DNA from: an uncultured virus (IMG/VR IMGVR_UViG_3300027806_000040)
Lineage: Duplodnaviria; Heunggongvirae; Uroviricota; Caudoviricetes
DNA: 64,000 nt
Virus record (IMG/VR): IMGVR_UViG_3300027806_000040
Direction: 5' to 3' (one strand)
Of the stretch, positions 49,925-57,742 are shown piece by piece. The notes beneath the pieces were generated by a model. That model saw nothing but the letters and a program-made list of their open reading frames with translations, had not been told where the DNA came from and did not search any database. The stretch's first letter is position 1; each line of letters starts with the position of its first letter. Position numbers and translations under genes: made by a program.

Positions 49925-50274
49925 ACATGAGAGACGCAATCAAGACTTGGGACAAGTATCGTAGGATGTCGGAAGCTGATCGCAAGATCACACGGTCCGC
50001 GATGTATCAAGCACTTGGGAAAGTGGCGAAAGACTACTTCCAAGCAATGGACCGTCCACTGCGTACCCATCGTCTGTCCGAACGTGTGTTGTTGGTCAAG
50101 TTTCGACGCAAGATTTGGCCCGCAGTTGATACTGCGTTGGCTGAAAATATGAGAGCCGGTGCCCCGTACAAAGTGACTTGTACCCGTCGGTTCACCATTC
50201 GTGAGGGTGCCGAGTGCGTTGCTGCGGCCAAGTGGTTGGGATGGAACTCAGTGGTGGTAACTTATGTTGATTAA
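49921..50274 (+). CDS. Hypothetical protein
   Basis: ATGA coupling; GGAG RBS. Confidence 0.6.
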   Translation: MNMRDAIKTWDKYRRMSEADRKITRSAMYQALGKVAKDYFQAMDRPLRTHRLSERVLLVKFRRKIWPAVDTALAENMRAGAPYKVTCTRRFTIREGAECVAAAKWLGWNSVVVTYVD

Positions 50275-50542
50275 CATTTGTCTCGTCGTGATAATTTTTG
50301 TAACTTTTGGCATATTGGAGCTTCTCAGTGGACCAAAAAAGCTTGGATGAAAAGATTCGTCGGCCTCAAGGTGTTTGTACCAGTGTGGCCAACAAGTTGA
50401 TTGATAACATGCTCATTGTTGGGCATATCATGGGTACATTTTCCGTGTGTGAGTTGGAACGTGCGTCCCGGACAGCAGATGACTGGGAGCCTGTGACCGA
50501 TCTTCCAATGAACTTCGAAACCTACCGCTACAGGGTGAAGCA

Positions 50543-51034
50543 ATGAACTACGAGTATCATTTGCAGAAAGACTTCTCGGCGAAAGATTACGAGAAGCAGC
50601 ACATCATCAATGCAACGTTTGATGAGTGCAAGTTTGACCATTCGTCCTTCCGTTATGCGAAGGTCGAGAACTGTGTGTTCTTGCGTTGCAGCATGATAGG
50701 CGTTCGGGCTACGGATTGCTCGTTCGTTGGGTCCGATTTCAGTCAGTGCAACTTTCTGGGTGCATACCTGATGGGTACGAAGCTGGATACTCGCCAGATA
50801 CATACCAACTGTATGAATAATGCAGAGTTGGATGAACCGTTCTGTCGGTTGGACGTTGGTACTTGGACCGTTACGGTTGGGCCAGAGGAGACGTGCATTG
50901 GCTGCAAGACACGTCCCAACTGGTTCTGGTTGCAGGCCGATGATTGGGATATCGCGGAGCTTGCTCCGGGTGCGGTGGCTTGGTGGGAGGCACACGGCGA
51001 TTTAATTAAAAAGGTAATAGGAGAAATCCAATGA
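50543..51034 (+). CDS. Pentapeptide-repeat protein 1
   Basis: F/L every fifth residue (ATFDE CKFDH SSFRY...), C-terminal IGC..R...W domain. Confidence 0.85.
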   Translation: MNYEYHLQKDFSAKDYEKQHIINATFDECKFDHSSFRYAKVENCVFLRCSMIGVRATDCSFVGSDFSQCNFLGAYLMGTKLDTRQIHTNCMNNAELDEPFCRLDVGTWTVTVGPEETCIGCKTRPNWFWLQADDWDIAELAPGAVAWWEAHGDLIKKVIGEIQ

Positions 51035-51582
51035 TAGATGGCATGGTTGAACACATGGCTTGGTTGCACAATCGAGCCGGTACACGGTTGGAGTGTGTTG
51101 AGCAGGAGATCAAGCACGAATCGTTCTACAACACGTGTTACAACAAGGCCATATTCAAGGGTTGTTGGTTCCGGAACATTGCGTTCTCGAACTGTACGTT
51201 CCTTGATACTATGTTCTACAGTTGTAAGTTCTATTTGTGTACGTTCTCCAATTGTCGGTTCAACGGAGCTTTGTTCTCAGGTGATATGGATCGGTGCGTG
51301 TTCAATTATTGCGACTGGCGAAAGGCAAAGGTTTTTCAACATTTGTTCCACGGTCAGAGCATAACGGGCACGAAGTTCGATTTCCCTATCATTCGCATAG
51401 ACATCGCACCTTGGACCATTACGGTGTTGAAGGATCAAACGATGATCGGGTGTCAGACGCGTTCCAATTCGTTTTGGCTTGATCCTTGCATTGACGAGAT
51501 CAATGAGATGGACGAACAAGCATTGGAATGGTGGCAGGCGAACGGTTCAATCATTCAAGCAGCAATTAGGAGAGTATCATGA
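51031..51582 (+). CDS. Pentapeptide-repeat protein 2
   Basis: AIFKG CWFRN IAFSN CTFLD...; same C-terminal domain as the preceding gene. Confidence 0.85.
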   Translation: MIDGMVEHMAWLHNRAGTRLECVEQEIKHESFYNTCYNKAIFKGCWFRNIAFSNCTFLDTMFYSCKFYLCTFSNCRFNGALFSGDMDRCVFNYCDWRKAKVFQHLFHGQSITGTKFDFPIIRIDIAPWTITVLKDQTMIGCQTRSNSFWLDPCIDEINEMDEQALEWWQANGSIIQAAIRRVS

Positions 51583-51938
51583 AAGGTATACCTACTGGTT
51601 ATAAGTTCGTACGGTTCGGTAAACCATTGATGGAGGAGACTGTGCTCGATGCGTTCACTGGTCGCGTTCGTAAGGCTGGGAGTACCACCGAAACGTATCA
51701 TGTGATCGTCGAGGCTGAGGAGAAGTTTCGTCCGTTCGAAAGTAAGAGTGAGTTCATGCCCTTCTGGGATGAACGAGTCGCGTTCGTTGCGGACCAACGG
51801 CTTGATCTTCGTGTCATCAACGCTGACGACAAAGGCATCTATATCATGATGGATCGTTTGCTCCATTATGATTGGAAGAACGCCTACTTGCATATCATGT
51901 TTGTTCCAAGCAAAAAGCCTTTCGGAGTAGAATTGTGA
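51579..51938 (+). CDS. Hypothetical protein
   Basis: AGGAG RBS; IP.GY..VRFG.P, RPF, PFG motifs. Confidence 0.65.
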   Translation: MKGIPTGYKFVRFGKPLMEETVLDAFTGRVRKAGSTTETYHVIVEAEEKFRPFESKSEFMPFWDERVAFVADQRLDLRVINADDKGIYIMMDRLLHYDWKNAYLHIMFVPSKKPFGVEL

Positions 51939-52675
51939 AAAGCATTGTCATGACCTCGTACGATTACCGCAAGCTCAACCCCGGATGGTTCAGTCCGGGC
52001 CGTTGGGCCATGTCGGAGAAGTTTGATGGCGAACGTGCCTACTGGACTGGTAGCTCGCTTGTATCACGGTACGGAAACAAGATTCATGCCCCGCCTTGGT
52101 GGGTAGATCGTTGGATCGGTGGTTACATGGGCCGACTAGACGGGGAGCTTTGGCTCGGTCGCGGTCGTTTCCAAGAACTCCGGTCCATTGTATCACGTAC
52201 TGTGAACTATGTTGACTGGACCAATGTTCAGTATTGTATCTTCGATGCTCCAGTTGTTGGCGTTGGTTTCACGCATCTTGACCCCAAAATCAATGTTGCG
52301 TATACCTTGCCTGCTTCGTGGAGTGAGGTCGAGGATGCGGTTGGTAGGGTCGTAGGTGACGGCGGCGAAGGTGTAATGCTTCGGAGACTTGGTTCCTATT
52401 GGGTTGATAAACGTTCCCGCGATCTGGTCAAGATTAAACCTTGGCTCGATGATGTTGGGACCGTTGTCGGGTACTCGGACGGTGTTGGCCGCCTTAGCGG
52501 GATGGTTGGTGCCGTGTTGGTTGTTTGGAACGGCAAGGAGTTCGGTATCAGTGGCTTCACCGATGCAGAACGACTTGTTGCAAAGGATCGTTGGCCCGTT
52601 GGTTCAGCGATACGGTTCAGGTACGTTGGATTGACGGATGATGGTGTACCGCGTGAAGCACGCTTTTTTCGGTAG
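51935..52675 (+). CDS. Minimal ATP-dependent DNA ligase
   Basis: SEKFDG.RA.W, LDGELW, FDAP, EGVMLR, K.K; C-terminal OB domain ending G.PR. Confidence 0.92.
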   Translation: MKSIVMTSYDYRKLNPGWFSPGRWAMSEKFDGERAYWTGSSLVSRYGNKIHAPPWWVDRWIGGYMGRLDGELWLGRGRFQELRSIVSRTVNYVDWTNVQYCIFDAPVVGVGFTHLDPKINVAYTLPASWSEVEDAVGRVVGDGGEGVMLRRLGSYWVDKRSRDLVKIKPWLDDVGTVVGYSDGVGRLSGMVGAVLVVWNGKEFGISGFTDAERLVAKDRWPVGSAIRFRYVGLTDDGVPREARFFR

Positions 52676-52683
52676 GAGTAAAC

Positions 52684-53472
52684 ATGAAACTTAAAATTGG
52701 AACACGTGATTGGCCCTTATCCCCCTCAGCGTTGAACCTTTGGTTGACGGACAAGCGGGAGTTCTTGTGCAGGTATCTTGGCAAGAGTGGCTTCGTTCAG
52801 TCGTTACCAATGGCCGTCGGCTCTGCATTTGACTCTGTAGTTAAATCGCGGTTACTTGGTACGGAGATAGAGTGGAACGGGATCGAGATACCAGAGAAGG
52901 GGTCGGCATACGCTGCCGGGCTAGAGTGCATGAAAGTGTACGAAGCTGATGGTGGTTGGGCAGAACTCTTACGGCTCATTGGTGGTCGGCCCTTTGACGT
53001 TGGGGTTGATAAGAAGGTTGAGATCAATGGCGTCTGGTTCCGGATTAAACCTGACCTAGTGATAGATGGATGGTTGGTACTGGACTGGAAGGTCTCAGGC
53101 TACTGTTCGTCGGCATCGCCGCAACCCGGCTACCTTGGACACAAGGACTGCATGCTGGGTTATCATGAGGGTATTATGTGTGATGTATCTGGTCAGCTGT
53201 GGCGTAAACGCGACTGGGCGTTACAGCTATTGTTGTACTCTTGGGGCATGGTTGGGGAGGTTACCGATAAGGCCCTTGGGTGCATCGATCAGTTGTCGTT
53301 CCGTAGCGGCAAAGGTAGGTACACGGCTATTCGTTCTGTGCTTGATGCCCGTGATATTTGGGCCAAGATTGAGGAACTGATGGCTTGGGAAGTACCGGAC
53401 GAAGATGTTACGGCTATGGACAACATGAAGGCACTTTCACCCGAATGGAGAGATTTACTAGGTCGTGCATAA
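52684..53472 (+). CDS. PD-(D/E)XK nuclease (Cas4/RecB-like exonuclease)
   Basis: LSPSAL, GSAFD, KPDL, LDWK, QLLLY; AGGAG RBS. Confidence 0.8.
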   Translation: MKLKIGTRDWPLSPSALNLWLTDKREFLCRYLGKSGFVQSLPMAVGSAFDSVVKSRLLGTEIEWNGIEIPEKGSAYAAGLECMKVYEADGGWAELLRLIGGRPFDVGVDKKVEINGVWFRIKPDLVIDGWLVLDWKVSGYCSSASPQPGYLGHKDCMLGYHEGIMCDVSGQLWRKRDWALQLLLYSWGMVGEVTDKALGCIDQLSFRSGKGRYTAIRSVLDARDIWAKIEELMAWEVPDEDVTAMDNMKALSPEWRDLLGRA

Positions 53473-53508
53473 TTTTGGGCAAAAGTTCATTTTTTCGTAA
53501 AATGATAC

Positions 53509-53538
53509 TTTCACGAAATTGGTACGAAAAACGTGAAT
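53509..53538. promoter_or_regulatory. 30-bp palindromic box copy
   Basis: TTTCACGAAATTGGTACGAAAAACGTGAAT. Confidence 0.7.
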
Positions 53539-53570
53539 AAATGGTTCAATAGAGCCACGAACTGGAGGAA

Positions 53571-53668
53571 TGGCCCAGAGGACCAAGGGAGCTATGAACT
53601 AGCGTCCTTGGTCCCACTGGTGCAACGTGGGAAGGTGCTAGGGTCACTAGCTACCCGGTTGCAGGCCA
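53571..53668. ncRNA. Candidate structured RNA/ssDNA element (three-way junction)
   Basis: TGGCC/GGCCA closing stem enclosing two long hairpins; predicted by eye only. Confidence 0.35.
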
Positions 53669-53764
53669 AAACCGGAAAATAACGAAAAACATCTAACAAT
53701 AGGGAGCGTATTTATATTGGAATCTTAAATTCCAATATTTACTATACAAAATAGCAGTTAGGTA

Positions 53765-53794
53765 ATTCACGTTCTTGGTACGAAAAACGTGAAT
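53765..53794. promoter_or_regulatory. 30-bp palindromic box copy
   Basis: ATTCACGTTCTTGGTACGAAAAACGTGAAT. Confidence 0.7.
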
Positions 53795-54092
53795 CGTACT
53801 TTGAAGATAGTTGCAACACCCTTCGGGTAAAAACAGTAAAGTCGAGCGTCCAAATAATTGTACGCATGGATCGTTGAACCCGCCCCGGTTTTGCCCTGAA
53901 AATGATACCAGAATTTTCGAGAATTGGCTGTAGTAAAAGTCTCAGCCCGCCCTTCCTCGCGCTTAAAACACGCGTATATGGGCACCAGCGATCGACCACC
54001 CTAGGCCCGTGCAGGCGTACGCACGCGTGCCCGCACACCGTGAGAGCCTGGCGCTTGCGAGAAGTATCATCGAAACTTCGTCCCGTACGCTC

Positions 54093-54180
54093 GTATACCT
54101 AATGAACGCCTGTACACTAATGAACGCCTGTACACTATGTTCGCCCGTACACCTAGTGAACAGTTGTACACTAATTGACA
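54093..54180. repeat. ~18-bp tandem repeats (iteron-like)
   Basis: CTAATGAACGCCTGTACA twice exactly (54099, 54117); GTACAC at 54112, 54130, 54147, 54166. Confidence 0.8.
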
Positions 54181-54266
54181 ATCATTTCATGATAAACAAT
54201 TCACGACAATTGTGTCGTATGTCGCAGGCAATAACACCCCCCATGAGGGTGCGACAATTTGACGCT

Positions 54267-54295
54267 TTGCAAGGCATTTGCCATGATGGTATAAT
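54267..54295 (+). promoter_or_regulatory. Sigma-70 promoter (likely early)
   Basis: TTGCAA-N17-TATAAT with extended -10 TGn. Confidence 0.75.
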
Positions 54296-54350
54296 GGAAG
54301 GACTGGCCAACGGTGGCCGGGACGAAACCCACTCAAACGGAGCCGACACG

Positions 54351-54578
54351 ATGACCACCCGCAAAGACACAATCGACACAATCGACCGCCAACTGTTCCG
54401 CGTGAACGCTGCATTGTGCGAGATTGACGCACAATCCGAACGTTACGACCGCTTGACCGATTCAGAACTGGCGACACTTCAAACCGCCATCGCAGCCCTT
54501 GGCGACCTTGCCGCCAAAATTGAAACATACGGCGGCCTCATTTTATTTTCCCGACACTCCGTTGACTTTTACGCATAA
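54351..54578 (+). CDS. Small hypothetical early protein
   Basis: GGAG RBS, downstream of the sigma-70 promoter. Confidence 0.6.
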   Translation: MTTRKDTIDTIDRQLFRVNAALCEIDAQSERYDRLTDSELATLQTAIAALGDLAAKIETYGGLILFSRHSVDFYA

Positions 54579-54661
54579 GGAGAACAGACCGACAAGCAAA
54601 AGTATCGTATCATGCCGATTTTAGTTTTTGACGATTTTCACCATTCCAAAGGAAAAGTATC

Positions 54662-55798
54662 ATGACGAAGAAAAACGCAACCAAGACGACCGAAACCCAC
54701 GCCGAGATCACTTGGCTGCCCGTGAGCGAAGTTTACACGGCGACGAAAAACGGCCAGTTTGCCGACAATCTCGGACGCCTAAGCATCGACGATCAAGGGA
54801 TTGCAACCTTGGTCGCTTCCATGCTGAAAGCAGCCGAATCCGGCGAGCCTTACCGCTTTTCGGCAGGACCGATCAACGTAGTTTCGGACCCCGCCACCCC
54901 TTCCAGTTTCGACTACTTCCCAGAATTGATAGTCAAAACGCCCAAAGGGGACACTGGCGACAACGAAAAGGAACAATGGACCGAACACAAGGTAGATCGT
55001 GCATCCCTTGTCAAAAAGTGGAGCGAACGCAGCCCCGGTTACCGGGCGATCGACGGCCAACGACGAACGATCGCGGCCTTTATTGCATCGGTGATACTTG
55101 GGCGAGATTTTCTGCTCCCCTGCGTCGTGCAAACCAACTCGGCAGACTCACTTGAGCGAGTACGCCAGAACGCCCGATCGGGACAACGTGACTACAGCAA
55201 GCAAGAACTGGCATATGCCACCTGCGAGCTGTTTACACGCAAACCGACCGCCACTATGGGCGATATCGCGTCGCTGTTTAACTGGACAACGATCGCCAGT
55301 AGCAGCGGCAAACCGATCCCAGAACGTAACGGGGAACGGCAGCACCTTCTCGCCATTGGGCGGCTTCATTCCCGCAATCCGGGCTTGAAAATCAAGGACC
55401 GGCTTGCCTTGCCGCCAACCGATCCGGATTACATTGACGCAAAGGCCCTCACCCGTGACGCCCTGCCCTTCGTTCTGCAAACGAAGGAAATCAAGGATGC
55501 TGCCGGTAATGACTTCGTTCAGAAGGTAATCGCTCCGATTGCTGGCGAGTATCATCCGGACGCAGACGGACGATTCAGCGAGGAACAAATTGACGGAATC
55601 ATCCGCCAGATGCAGAACGGCAGCAAACCGAAGGCGACTACCATCGCCCCGGACAAGTGGCGAGCGATCGTAAACAATATGCCCGCCGGGTGTCTGCCTG
55701 CCATGATAGCGGCCGCTCACCTTGCAGGCGATGAAACCCGATTGCTTGATGCATTGGCAGCCGTGACCGCATTGGAGAACGCCGCCAAGATCAAATAG
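54662..55798 (+). CDS. Divergent ParB/Srx-fold protein 3 (DGQRR motif)
   Basis: AIDGQRRTIA, N..R near the N-terminus, RQN...RDYS, HTH-like ATMGDIASLF. Confidence 0.65.
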   Translation: MTKKNATKTTETHAEITWLPVSEVYTATKNGQFADNLGRLSIDDQGIATLVASMLKAAESGEPYRFSAGPINVVSDPATPSSFDYFPELIVKTPKGDTGDNEKEQWTEHKVDRASLVKKWSERSPGYRAIDGQRRTIAAFIASVILGRDFLLPCVVQTNSADSLERVRQNARSGQRDYSKQELAYATCELFTRKPTATMGDIASLFNWTTIASSSGKPIPERNGERQHLLAIGRLHSRNPGLKIKDRLALPPTDPDYIDAKALTRDALPFVLQTKEIKDAAGNDFVQKVIAPIAGEYHPDADGRFSEEQIDGIIRQMQNGSKPKATTIAPDKWRAIVNNMPAGCLPAMIAAAHLAGDETRLLDALAAVTALENAAKIK

Positions 55799-55826
55799 GC
55801 CAAGATTCTACAACTTGAAAACCTAG

Positions 55827-55876
55827 ACCCTCCCCAGTCTGCCCTTAATAAAGCAGGCCGGGGAGGGTTATTTTTT
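55827..55876 (+). terminator. Intrinsic terminator
   Basis: ACCCTCCCC...GGGGAGGGT stem followed by TATTTTTT. Confidence 0.7.
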
Positions 55877-55930
55877 GGGTCAAATGACCCAAATTTTTTT
55901 CCTACGGCATGACACCAGTACCCACTTGCA

Positions 55931-56053
55931 AAGGCACAAGATTCTAGGAACAACGATCCAAATAAATTAAGGCACAAGATTCTAGGGACGAGGTTACAAA
56001 GGCACAAGATTCTAGGGACGACGATCCATACCGCCCAAAGACACAAGATTCTA
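55931..56053 (+). repeat. Four direct repeats AAG(G/A)CACAAGATTCTA upstream of putative terS
   Basis: Copies at 55931, 55969, 55999, 56038; core CAAGATTCTA also at 55801. Confidence 0.85.
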
Positions 56054-56106
56054 ACACAATGATACATACCCGTGGGAGGGTTAAACACTTTTGCCTAGAA
56101 ACCATT

Positions 56107-56207
56107 ATTCACGTATTTGGTACGAAAAGTATGAACTATTTTTTCGACTTGTGACGTTAGTATAGTGGAAGGCCTCCCATCACAGTTTTGGTACGAAAAA
56201 CATGAAT
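56107..56207 (+). promoter_or_regulatory. Box + ECF-like promoter + second box over the terS start
   Basis: Box 56107-56136, N17, ACGTTAGTAT 56154-56163; box 56178-56207 overlaps ATG 56202. Confidence 0.65.
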
Positions 56208-56789
56208 CGCCAGTTATACGAAGCAGAGCCGCATGATGATATGCGGTGCAAAGGAGCCGGGACAGGTGCCGAAGGGCAATGCCGGTATCTTTCGATGAAA
56301 GGTATGATTCGTGAAGGTTTCTTGGAAGATGAACCAAGCAATCATCAAGACTATTGCCCAAAGCATGGTAAGACCCGTGCAATGGCTCAACAAAAGAAAG
56401 AGTATCATGACTACCTTTCTGGGGTGTGGCAATTAGAGCTTGAGAAATTTGCTTCCTCAGACAAAGTTAAGTCACTTCGCGGCGAACTTGGTGTCTTGCG
56501 TCTTTTGGTTCAAAAGACCTTGGAAAAGTGCCAAACGTCAGATGACTTGCTCATGTATTCGACCAAGCTATCATCCTTGGCGATGCAGATTGAGAAGCTC
56601 GTTGTGTCGTGCGACAAGCTCGAAGTCAGAATGGGTGAACTGTTGACCCGTGAGGTTGCACTCAATTTTGCTTCCTCTATCATTGCAATCCTGCAAGAAC
56701 AAATCAAAGACGAAATGGTCATTGACCAAATTGCCACCAAGATACTTGCGTCCTTCAAAGATATGTCCAATAAGGAGTTGACACTGTGA
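56202..56789 (+). CDS. Putative terminase small subunit
   Basis: RC......GQC...YCPKHG Zn motif, SLRGELGVLR coiled coil; heads the late operon. Confidence 0.55.
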   Translation: MNRQLYEAEPHDDMRCKGAGTGAEGQCRYLSMKGMIREGFLEDEPSNHQDYCPKHGKTRAMAQQKKEYHDYLSGVWQLELEKFASSDKVKSLRGELGVLRLLVQKTLEKCQTSDDLLMYSTKLSSLAMQIEKLVVSCDKLEVRMGELLTREVALNFASSIIAILQEQIKDEMVIDQIATKILASFKDMSNKELTL

Positions 56790-57037
56790 ACGTGATTCAA
56801 ATTCTCACTCTGATCCTCCAGTACAAAGACGAGATCATTGAGCTGATTAAGCTCATCGAACGTCTCTTTGCTGAGCAACCTTACGCTTCCACCGCCGAAC
56901 TCGCGGCCCAAGTCCAACAAGAATACCCAACCTTGGCGAAGGGTAACTTGCTCGAACTCATTGAGTTCCTGCTGCAAAACAAAGACAGTATCATTGAGTT
57001 GATTGACTACATCAAGTCCTTGTTCAAAGGTAACTGA
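56786..57037 (+). CDS. Small amphipathic helical protein with internal repeat
   Basis: ILTLILQYKDEIIELIKLIERLF / LIEFLLQNKDSIIELIDYIKSLF; AAGGAG RBS. Confidence 0.7.
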   Translation: MNVIQILTLILQYKDEIIELIKLIERLFAEQPYASTAELAAQVQQEYPTLAKGNLLELIEFLLQNKDSIIELIDYIKSLFKGN

Positions 57038-57039
57038 TC

Positions 57040-57741
57040 ATGTTCCGATGCTTCTTCCTCCTTTTGTTACTGGTTACGAGCTACGCCACGGCTCAGGATG
57101 CTACAGTAACAAAGACTCGTACGCTCCTGAACGTTACCGCTCCCCGTATCATTGGCAACCGTTTGTTTGTTGGCCAAGATACTCAAGACGTTCGGGCCGT
57201 TGATTCGTTCCTTCTAACCTACCCAACGGGTTATAAGGTCGAACGCGTACGGGTTAAGAAAAATGGTACCAAGGCTGAGGGTATCATTATTTCCGAGGAT
57301 GCCGGGAACCGTGTCTTGCTCTACACGGAACCGGGAACCTACTCCATCGACGTTATTCTCTTGGACCTAGAGAAAGGAACCGTCGATTTGGAGGAAGAAG
57401 TGGTTTTGGGATCGGGGCCGGGACCGCTGCCGCCCGGCCCCGACCCTGAACCAGAGCCGGAACCTGAACCAGAGCCCACGCCACCCGGCCCATTCAACAA
57501 TATTGCTCAGCGAGTATCAAAAGTCAAAGTTCAGGATCGTACGCTCTGGAAAGCAACGATCCAATCTCTCGTCGCCAAGATGACAGATTTCAGTATCAAA
57601 ACAGAGCAAGGTATCAAGACTCACTTATCAATTCTTGCCGACAAAGAAATGAAAGAATTGATAGCAAACGAACCATCGGCCCAAAGCCTTGGTTGGCAAG
57701 ACCGAATCAAGTTTTTCCAAGAAGTTCTTAAGGGGTTGTAA
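57040..57741 (+). CDS. Secreted protein with Pro/Glu linker
   Basis: Signal peptide, PGTY beta domain, PGPDPEPEPEPEPEPTPP. Confidence 0.75.
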   Translation: MFRCFFLLLLLVTSYATAQDATVTKTRTLLNVTAPRIIGNRLFVGQDTQDVRAVDSFLLTYPTGYKVERVRVKKNGTKAEGIIISEDAGNRVLLYTEPGTYSIDVILLDLEKGTVDLEEEVVLGSGPGPLPPGPDPEPEPEPEPEPTPPGPFNNIAQRVSKVKVQDRTLWKATIQSLVAKMTDFSIKTEQGIKTHLSILADKEMKELIANEPSAQSLGWQDRIKFFQEVLKGL

Positions 57742-57742
57742 G

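Noticed and set aside
53571..53668. Hammerhead ribozyme or purine riboswitch
   Set aside because: Lacks the CUGANGA/GAAA core and purine-riboswitch junction consensus; kept only as an unknown structure
53742..54350. ORFs across the 53.5-54.3 kb intergenic region, including the 5' extension of 54009..54578
   Set aside because: They translate repeats and promoter sequence; the RBS-supported start is ATG 54351
55931..56053. Mini-CRISPR array
   Set aside because: Repeats are only ~16-22 nt, the intervening segments are short, uneven and partly similar to each other; no cas operon (52684 is a generic PD-(D/E)XK nuclease)
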